Shown piece after piece: positions 56,110 to 64,000 of a DNA stretch of 64,000 nt (position 1 is the first letter of the stretch; every line of letters begins with the position of its first letter). Position numbers and translations under genes: made by a program. The stretch lies in assembly GCA_000091205.1 (NCBI GenBank), contig AP006492.2. One strand, written 5' to 3'. Origin of the DNA: Cyanidioschyzon merolae. Taxonomy: Eukaryota. The notes under the pieces were generated by a model that searched no databases, had not been told where the DNA came from, and worked only from the letters and a program-made list of their open reading frames with translations.

Positions 56110-57204
56110 GCTTATCAGGTTTCGGGTGTCTCTGTGGAGACTCGAAAGCCGGAAAGCCGAGAATCGGTGTGCTCCTCCTAAAAATGGCGAGTATCGATAG
56201 AGCGAGCGCTCGAGCGACTCGTGCTGGAGGCTCTGGCTCCTCCGATAGCGCGGGCGAGATGGATGCGACCCCTCCCGACACATCCATCTCGCCCGGTGTC
56301 ATGAGACAGCTTCGCTTTAGAGACGCGCTGCAGCGCAGCCAGGCCGGTACGTTTGATCGGTGACGGCTGCAGGACGGCCGCTGCACTGCGGTTCATGTTG
56401 TCGTGGCAGAAGCTCAAATGCGGAAGAGCGGCCTTGGGCTCCAGTTGCCTGGATCATTGGATTTGACGCGGTTTTATTCAGTGCATCGGGCATTCTGCCG
56501 TTCTGAGCACAAGCGCGAGCTCTCAGGACAGCAGAAGCGCATTGGATCCAAAAACTTGCGACCTTTTGGTCCAGCAGCACCCGAGGAAGAGTGAAGCGAC
56601 TTGTACGGGGTCGAAGCCACAATGACGGCTCCATGTCTGGAGGCAGCGTCCGCAGCATGTTACGTTTCACGGAAAAACGCGTGGAATTCGGAGGTCGTGG
56701 ACATGCGTATGTGCGCTGTCTAGCGTGCGTTTCTGAGGCACTCGCAAAGCCGTCACATGCGCTTCGAGCGTTCATTACGCGACAACACCCGCACTGCACG
56801 CGATACGGCGACACGATACCGTGCCAGTGCTGCGCGAAAGAGTACTAGCATCGCAACGAGCTCGTGGACGCTCATGCGGCGCCCAATCGCTGATCTGTTC
56901 TCGAAACCAGGCAGGCAGCTTTGTAGGTACCCTTGGAGAGGCACTTGGTATTCAAGACATTCGAATCGGTGTGGAGATTTCACGGGGCTGCTGCCTCCGT
57001 CCAGGATCTGGGCAAGGCTTTCGAAAAAGCACCACGCCGGGTTCCAAAATCAAACTTCAACGCTGACGCTCGTGAACATCCGGCATATTGGATACAAACG
57101 AGATCTGCGCGACATGACGTGCGTACACACCGATGCGCTGGTCGCTAACGCTCGTGAACATCGAGCACAGCGGATGCACACGAGACTTGCGTAGGATCAC
57201 GATC

Positions 57205-57206
<2 letters not shown>

Positions 57207-57239
<33 letters not shown>

Positions 57240-57251
57240 CACACACACACA
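57207..57251. repeat. Compound microsatellite (AGAC)8(AC)7 in an intergenic region
   Basis: agacagacagacagacagacagacagacagacacacacacacacacc, seen directly. Confidence 0.9.
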
Positions 57252-58171
57252 CCGGGGCGCTGAATCGCATCGCCGTGACTGCCCCGTGTACCCTGAAGCG
57301 ACAAGGAGCAGATACCGTACGTGGGGCCCCAGAGGGCCCGCAGCCACGCGAACGAGGTGCCTTCGTACAAGTCCGCGGCTTGGCAGCGAGCGGCAGCCCG
57401 CAGCGTACTAGATTGGAGTGCACGTCTACATTCGCATACCAGTCCGTCGTAGCGACCAGTGGTAAAGTGCGCTTCGTCCGAACCGCTCGAAAGCGATCTC
57501 TGCATCCAAATCAATACGACCTCAGCCGAACAAGAAACCCTGATGCGAGGCACCGCGTCGATCGAACCATTGTACAAATTAGTGCGAGACCAGCACGCTA
57601 CCTCTATCCAGCTGCTGCCTCGCATCGCTTCATCACGCGCCGGTACCTGTGTATCCGTACCCTAAACGCCACAAGCAGCCAAAAGCTGCCTTGTACCGCT
57701 TCATTACGCTCATGTGAGCCTGGATACCTACCTACCTACCACAGTTACCCGGTCACCGCCTTGAATCCCTGCTTTCGCCTCGTCTGGGTCAGGTGCTGTT
57801 GCCCGTTCTGGCAAGAGGCCAGCCCGTTACCAATTATCTGTTCCATATAAACACACAGCCGCTGTCTAGATCACACCAACGACACATTGGTTACCGCCGA
57901 TCACCTCACCAACGGATGGAACGAAAAGCCTCAAGTCAGCACTGCAGCGCTCTCCCGCTGATCCTAGGCGCTGTAGCGTTTCGGGCGGATGCTGGCGCGG
58001 CACCCTCGAAGGTCACACCGAGGCAAATCGTTGTGCTCTTTCAGATAAAGTGTATCCGGTTGTTCATTCTGGGCTGCTTGTCAGTTTTCTGTTCGGTTCT
58101 AGGATCATTACCTGTATCTTGGAACTCGTTGTTGTCTCTTGACGCCGTCGAACACCGGAAACCTCTCTGTT

Positions 58172-59935
58172 ATGTTCATGTTTGCAGGACACACGCTCTT
58201 GGCGTGCCGTCGACGCTGCACCTCGTTCTCCGCTGGGTGTGCGGTCAGGCTGCATCGGAGCAGCGCCTCGAGCACCCTCGGACTGCGTGCGAAAAACCTG
58301 CAAGCATCGAAAGCAACCTTGCTCTGGTGTCGACAAGAGCGAGTCCCAGCAAACGAGCAGGACGCAAGTGGGCAAACGGTGGGCCCCTCGCTCCGCAACG
58401 ACGATGCTCCGGAGACGAACGGTCCGGTTGGAGCGTCGCCCGCAACGCTCCCCGAAGCGAATACCGACGCTTCAGCTACCGATGCAGACGTCGAAACCAC
58501 TGGATCCGACGGACGCGCCAACGTTCGACGAGACCGAAGTCGCCTTGCGGCCTTGGTAACCTCATTCGGTATCATGGCAGCGCTCATCCGCGTCGAATGG
58601 GTCGAACACAACACCATCGAAGCGCTTTGGATCGTGTTCTGCACCGGGTACGCAGGTATCATCCTAGAGGACATACTTGAGTTCCATAAAGCGGGTGCAG
58701 CGCTTCTCATGGCTGTGGCTTCATGGACCGCACTGGCGCTGGCTGCACCCGGAGATAGCGCCCGATACGTGAACTCCGTAGAGGTCACGACAGCGATCCG
58801 AGAGTGTATGGCTGATGTGGCACCGCTTTTGTTCTTTCTGCTGGGAGCCATGTCCATCGTTGAAATCGTGGATGGACATCGCGGATTCCGGACGGTAACC
58901 GACTCCATTCGGACTCGGAATCCAGTCACGTTGTTGTGGATCATCAGCCTCATTACTTTTTTCATGAGCGCCATTTTAGATAATCTCACGACGACCATCG
59001 TGATGGTGTCGATTCTACGGCAGCTAGTACCGCCCAGTGCACGACGTTTGGTTGGCGCCGCAGTCGTCGTAGCAGCGAACTGCGGAGGCGTCGCAACGCC
59101 ACTGGGCGACGTTACAACGACGATGCTCTGGATCGGTGGGCAGATCACCACAGTGGCGACAATCAGGGATCTGCTGGTACCGTCTTTTGCATCGTTGCTT
59201 GTGTCGGTACTCGTGTTTAGTCCGATGGTAGCGCAGGCAGCGGCGAAAGACGCTATCGATCCTGTCGGCGGTGGTTCGCTGGCAGGAGCTGTGGCTCCTC
59301 GCGGGAGACTGATCTTTTTCAGTGGCGTCGCCTCTCTGCTGTTCGTGCCGATCTTCAAGGCAGGAACTGGTCTGCCACCGTATATGGGCATGTTGCTTGG
59401 CTTGGGCTTTATGTGGTTGCTGACGGATGTTTTGCACGCGGGCGAGCCTGGACGTTTGGAGCTGCGAGCATCGCGGGCACTCGCGCGCATCGATCAGAGC
59501 AGTATCCTGTTTTTCCTGGGAATCCTGATGAGTGTCGGAGCCCTGGAATCCGGCGGAGCACTGCGAATGCTGGCACAATGGTTAGATAGCCATCTTGCTG
59601 TTCGGGAGCTCATTCCAACAGTGATTGGTCTGGCGAGCAGCGTGATTGACAACGTACCGCTGGTCGCTGCCACCATGGGCATGTACGAACTGAGTCAGCA
59701 TCCGCCGGACTCTGAGCTGTGGCAGCTTATCGCGTACTGTGCTGGAACTGGTGGCAGCATTTTGATTATCGGTTCTGCAGCAGGCGTGGCGTACATGGGC
59801 ATGGAGAAGGTTGGATTCTTCTGGTATCTACGAAACGCCTCACTGGCAGCGCTCGCGGGTTATTTTGCGGGTATCCTGGTTTACATCTCTCTTCACGGCG
59901 ACGTTTTGCAGCGATTATTCCATCAGGTTTTCTGA
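58172..59935 (+). CDS. NhaD-type Na+/H+ antiporter (ArsB/NhaD permease superfamily), with an N-terminal presequence
   Basis: The ORF top (58139) is a TTG; the first ATG is at 58172. There are about 12 hydrophobic segments. The NhaD-specific motif FFMSAILDNLTTTIVMVSIL is present, as is ANCGGVATPLGDVTTTMLWI. The N-terminal ~90 aa are R/S/A-rich. Confidence 0.8.
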   Translation: MFMFAGHTLLACRRRCTSFSAGCAVRLHRSSASSTLGLRAKNLQASKATLLWCRQERVPANEQDASGQTVGPSLRNDDAPETNGPVGASPATLPEANTDASATDADVETTGSDGRANVRRDRSRLAALVTSFGIMAALIRVEWVEHNTIEALWIVFCTGYAGIILEDILEFHKAGAALLMAVASWTALALAAPGDSARYVNSVEVTTAIRECMADVAPLLFFLLGAMSIVEIVDGHRGFRTVTDSIRTRNPVTLLWIISLITFFMSAILDNLTTTIVMVSILRQLVPPSARRLVGAAVVVAANCGGVATPLGDVTTTMLWIGGQITTVATIRDLLVPSFASLLVSVLVFSPMVAQAAAKDAIDPVGGGSLAGAVAPRGRLIFFSGVASLLFVPIFKAGTGLPPYMGMLLGLGFMWLLTDVLHAGEPGRLELRASRALARIDQSSILFFLGILMSVGALESGGALRMLAQWLDSHLAVRELIPTVIGLASSVIDNVPLVAATMGMYELSQHPPDSELWQLIAYCAGTGGSILIIGSAAGVAYMGMEKVGFFWYLRNASLAALAGYFAGILVYISLHGDVLQRLFHQVF

Positions 59936-60466
59936 GAAGCGTCGAGCTCCTGCGGTATCGACACGAATGCTGCAGTCCGGCATCGATGGCATGGCGTCGT
60001 GAATGTTCTTCCAGCACGCGCTTCTTTGCGTGCCGTTCGTCATGCTGTTGCTGACAGCATATCTAGGGGCATATGCTTGCGTCTAGCCGGCACATGGTAC
60101 CGCAAGGCGCCGTGGTTATCCGTATATGCTTCGTCGCTATGCTGCCTTGCTCGCTTCCATGACCTGTAGAGACGACTGGTGACCGACGCCCCATATCTAT
60201 CGAACGACGCGTCTGGACGGTCTAAGGAAGCAGTGCTAAAGCGCGCAAAAGCGGCGTAAATGTTCGGGAGCGATGTTGTGCATGTGGAAGTTTGGGGATT
60301 CTGGTGTATATCCAGCATACGCTGCAGTGGAGCGCGCATATTTGTGGGTCTTTCGGGAACCGCATGCACGTCTCGCGGCCTCAGTTCGAGATCAGTACTG
60401 GTTAGCGAAACAGATCCCAGGTGACTGCATGGATTCGACTCTCCTTGTTCGCGTCCATTGGTTTTG

Positions 60467-60874
60467 TTAGCGCTGCGGCCATGGTAACGCCTCTCGTGAC
60501 AGCAAGCATTGGACGCACCTAGCTCCTGACGCGTGGAGCTCGAGTTCGTAGCGAAACCCGTACGCAGGTGTTTGATATCCGACGTCACGCGCCCGGGATA
60601 TGTCGAATGACGTCGCCTCAAGTACCCGTTTACGGAACGAGTCTGTATCTAAGGAAACAAGTCCCGAAATAGAGCCATCGAAAGCGTCGTGCGTTTGCTC
60701 TGAGCCGCACAACCTCTCGCCGAAGTGAATCACGACACGACCGTCTGGGCCATGCGCAGTTTCGCTATTAACTCGAGTTTCTAGCGCATACCTGTCGCTG
60801 AACACGCAAAACTGTCGCTCGGTGACCAGAGTCGGTCCGCCGGCGCTCAGCACAAAAACCTGTTTCGAATGCAT
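60467..60874 (-). CDS. Small hypothetical protein (135 aa)
   Basis: ATG at 60874 (minus) confirmed. No family assignment. Confidence 0.2.
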   Translation of the reverse strand: MHSKQVFVLSAGGPTLVTERQFCVFSDRYALETRVNSETAHGPDGRVVIHFGERLCGSEQTHDAFDGSISGLVSLDTDSFRKRVLEATSFDISRARDVGYQTPAYGFRYELELHASGARCVQCLLSREALPWPQR

Positions 60875-62045
60875 TCAAGACTGCGACGTATCCGCCCAAG
60901 TGTCGAGGATAAGTCACCGGCACCTGAAGCAGAAGCCCGCTATGTACCAAATCTCGCTTTCGTGTGATACGTGAAGCACTGGAAGCTCTAGTTTGTCGTG
61001 TTCGCTGAGCGTCCATTACCAGAAGCATGCATGAGTATACCGTCGCGAGTCATTCATCCCTGGGAAATCTGTCCGAATACGTGCGTGGCCAAGAGGCACG
61101 AGACACCACAAGGGGCCAATAGTTTGTCAATGCTATCTGTGTGCAACCGTAGCAAATAGGCGCGCTTCTCCTTGGGGTTCGCATGGCACCCAGCCTTGAC
61201 GGAGTATCCGCCCTGCTTGACAAGGCGCTGTCGCTAACGATATCGCTTGCTTTTCGCCATGGCGCGGAACCAGACTAGCTAGGTTGGTGAAGGTATTCAT
61301 GAAGGCCCTTGCAACCAGCATGGAGTGCGCCTATCCCTCAGCGGGAGCGATGTCTGTGCATACCGTACAGCAACGCAGCAATCCGCTTGCAGTGTGCGCA
61401 AGGCACCGCCAGTTTGCGCCGCCCAAAGTGAGTCGTGTTCCTGAATCTCGCGCAGAGTGCAAGCATGACGCTATGGATAGCGTGTCAAGCCCCTAGGCTA
61501 GCACGTCTTGAAGCGGCGCGTTCTGACCTGCGCTTCTTCGGCAGACAATCCGACGTTACTTGTAGACGCTGTTTGTCAGACGAGATGCCCGCACGCGATC
61601 CGCGAGACACGGTCGATGCCCGTGCGCTCCAGGCTACCGAGACTGGACGCTATCGCTAGTTGATCTGCGGTCTTCAGGCGAGGTTCACAGCGATAAACTG
61701 AGACTGTAAACGAAAGACTCTTGGCGGCAGCAACAGACGCTAGCTCCGGTTCTAAAGTGTCCAGTGGATGATCGGAAAGACCCGCTCATACCCTAGCTCG
61801 TCCAAGCGTGCCCCAGGGAAAAAGAGGCTTCTTTTGATGCACGGATACTGAACGAGGACGTCTGTTCACTGCTTACCAAGAATCACCCGCAATTCTGGAG
61901 CATTCTGAGTCGACACATCGATCGGACGCTGCCAAGTCATCGGCAGGGTTGTCCGGCTCTGCAGGAATGCACGAGCTGCGATCGCGTACGCTGTGGATCA
62001 GCGTGAACGGGCGCTCTGGCCTTGGGTATCACAGGTTGGCTCGCA

Positions 62046-63272
62046 ATGAACGGTTTTATTTCTGGAAGTTTTTGGCAGCAACATCAGTCGCTTTATTCTG
62101 ACACAAAGAATACCTATCATGCGGAGGTATTGACCTGTCGCCAACGGAAAGAAAGGCGCCTTCCTAAAGCGGCGTCGAGGGGGCTCGGTCGCACACCCGC
62201 GCGACACCTCGGGCGTGCAGCTCGAAACAGTGCTGGGCCGTTTACTCGTTCTACGACGTTGTACCGAAGAGAATGCTTCGGTTTGGCAATGTCTGGAACC
62301 GTGGATGCGATCTGCAGTGACACCCTAACAGGGCGCGGGGCCTATCGCCAGGAGCCGCGGTTCACTGCCTTGGAGACGAATGCTTCGATTCTCGAGGTCG
62401 GTACAGCGCGAATTTTTATCGACCCGCACTTGGTTGGCCCGCTGGTGTTTTTTGACCCCCGTTTCTTTGCCCAGTACAAAACCAAGCTGCATATATCTGA
62501 TACTCGACAAGTATCGGAGATGCGAAAGCGCATCCGAGAGCAGTTCGGCCCGATATCGCTGGTGGTGCTCAGCCAGGCGCTCGCGGATCACGCGCATGAA
62601 CCAAGCCTACGGTATCTGGATCGCGAGCTTCCTGTTGTGGCTCCAAATAGTGCGCGACCTTTGCTCACGAAACTAGGCTTCGAGAATGTTCAGTACCTGC
62701 GGCCCGGAAACAGTTTTCGAATGGACTGCGGCAGCGAGCGGTCCCCGAGCGACGAGTACGTCGACATACAAGCGGTGAAGGGCTCGGTTGTTGGACCTCC
62801 GTGGCAAGAGCCGGAGAACGGCTATATTTTCCGGTTGTATCGAGTGCTGGCGCCCAATGAAGCGCATGTTTGTGTCTTTCGCATGTTTTACGAGCCGCAC
62901 GGGAATTTCGATGCGTCGGCATTGCGCACAGCGTTGGCGAGTACGCAGGACCCCGACGGTCGCCTCGTCGACGTGGTGCTAACCCCGCCCATACGTGTTC
63001 TGTTTGCCGGAGTTTACGAGCTGCTCCGAGGGGCCCCCAGTGCCGTCGAGTTGGTGCAGCTTCTCCGACCACAAATGGTGATTCCAATACGGAACTGGGA
63101 AGGTCACCAGTCTGGTTTGCTCTCGGGGCTCCTGCGCGGCACCGGAAGCCTTCAAGAATTTCGAGAAAGCGTCGCGCAGATAGCAAGACGCTTGCAGTTG
63201 GACACGCAGCTGGTTCGCATTGGCGAGCCTGGGGAAGCGTTCACCTTACCCTTGCGCCCGCTTTCTTCGTAA
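62046..63272 (+). CDS. Hypothetical protein, possibly a metallo-beta-lactamase-fold hydrolase (degenerate HxHxDH: ADHAHE)
   Basis: The ORF top (62022) is a TTG; the first ATG is at 62046. MBL-like elements: ILEVGTARIFIDPHLVGP, LVVLSQALADHAHEPSL, VVAPNSARPLL, VKGSVVGPPW. Similarity is weak. Confidence 0.4.
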   Translation: MNGFISGSFWQQHQSLYSDTKNTYHAEVLTCRQRKERRLPKAASRGLGRTPARHLGRAARNSAGPFTRSTTLYRRECFGLAMSGTVDAICSDTLTGRGAYRQEPRFTALETNASILEVGTARIFIDPHLVGPLVFFDPRFFAQYKTKLHISDTRQVSEMRKRIREQFGPISLVVLSQALADHAHEPSLRYLDRELPVVAPNSARPLLTKLGFENVQYLRPGNSFRMDCGSERSPSDEYVDIQAVKGSVVGPPWQEPENGYIFRLYRVLAPNEAHVCVFRMFYEPHGNFDASALRTALASTQDPDGRLVDVVLTPPIRVLFAGVYELLRGAPSAVELVQLLRPQMVIPIRNWEGHQSGLLSGLLRGTGSLQEFRESVAQIARRLQLDTQLVRIGEPGEAFTLPLRPLSS

Positions 63273-63729
63273 CCATGAGGACGCTGTGCTGTCTCTTGTA
63301 TAGGTGGAAGCAGTACCGTACGGATTTGAATGGATCCTCGACTGGACGAATGCTCATTCCCTGCCGAGGCCGGCTGTGGCTGACGGACGTTCGTGACGTG
63401 TTTCGACACCAGCCCTCTACCTGGAATGCTTTCTGTACATCGGAGAGAACTTTTGGCGCTAGTTGTCTCGCAAGAAACCAAAAAATATTTACTGTTGGCT
63501 TGGGTCCACCTCTTCACAACTACCGATCTGGACATCGTTCCGAAGAAGAACTCGTTTCTGTGTGTGGACCTGGAGCACCTCCGAGCAGCGGTCCCGGGCC
63601 AACCAACGGTGCGTGTGACCGCACCCTGCGTCCTTGTCATGGGCCAGCGCAATCACACCGGGAAACGAGTGCTCCGTCTCTGGGCACCGATCGAGCCCGA
63701 CTGTCCAGCGGTGCGTGGATGAAGCGTCC

Positions 63730-64000
63730 TCACTTGTGCTTACGAACCTTTTCCCGCAGAACGCTCTCATTCGCACCCGTCAAGTCATCGATCTTCTTTC
63801 CTCCTTTATAAAATATGAACGTCGGCATCGCTGCAACCCCGCAACGCTGGGCAAGATCCGGAAGCTTGTCCACGTCCACTTTGATGAACTCGACTGTACC
63901 CGCGTACTCCTCCTGGAGTCGTTCTAAGACCGGGGCGATGAACCGGCAAGGACCACACCAGACAGCATAAAAGTCAACCACAACAAGCTTTTCAGTTCCT
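63730..64000 (-). CDS. TRX: Thioredoxin (WCGPC active site), 5' end runs off the window
   Basis: The minus-strand translation reads ...GTEKLVVVDFYAVWCGPCRFIAPVLERL...AAMPTFIFYKGGKKIDDLTGAN...; the stop is at 63730. The ORF track's M is a GTG (the second V of VVDFY), and the reading frame stays open to the window edge, so the N-terminus is missing. Confidence 0.8.
   Translation of the reverse strand, partial: GTEKLVVVDFYAVWCGPCRFIAPVLERLQEEYAGTVEFIKVDVDKLPDLAQRCGVAAMPTFIFYKGGKKIDDLTGANESVLREKVRKHK

Noticed and set aside
60040-60621. 193-aa minus-strand ORF downstream of NhaD
   Set aside because: The top codon is TTG and the first in-frame ATG is deep inside the ORF. No recognisable domain. 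Only the adjacent 60467-60874 ORF was retained, at low confidence.
1-64000. Prokaryotic operon, defence island or mobile element interpretation
   Set aside because: The gene content is unambiguously eukaryotic nuclear (midasin, CCR4, WDR48, prohibitin, Rho GTPase, TRM5). No transposase, integrase, reverse transcriptase, restriction-modification or Cas-like ORFs were seen, and no inverted terminal repeats were noticed.

Overview
This window is a eukaryotic nuclear segment: GC-rich (~58%), gene-dense (about one gene per 3 kb) and apparently intron-free. The proteins encoded are eukaryote-specific: midasin, prohibitin, a CCR4-type deadenylase, WDR48, a Rho GTPase and TRM5. Several plastid or mitochondrial-type enzymes are also present: an HCAR/F-DVR-family Fe-S flavoprotein, IGPS, PurD, NhaD, beta-amylase and an NDUFAF3-like protein, several with N-terminal presequence-like extensions. 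This combination fits an intron-poor photosynthetic eukaryote, possibly a cyanidiophyte-type red alga; that is inference only. The dominant feature is a single uninterrupted ~17.9 kb ORF encoding a ~5970-aa midasin (MDN1/Rea1) with six AAA P-loops, a D/E-rich region and a C-terminal MIDAS/VWA domain. It carries an in-frame 3 x 78-bp tandem repeat and several homopolymeric amino-acid tracts. The supplied ORF track uses alternative start codons (GTG/TTG shown as M), so starts were re-set to the first in-frame ATG where I could verify it in the sequence. I found no prokaryotic features, CRISPR arrays, transposons, rRNA or tRNA genes. The most unusual items are the repeats inside midasin, a kinesin-like protein with a degenerate P-loop, extremely tight tail-to-tail gene pairs, ORF-poor intergenic stretches (38.4-40.9 kb and 53.7-55.4 kb), and a duplicated TATA-like motif in a divergent promoter region.
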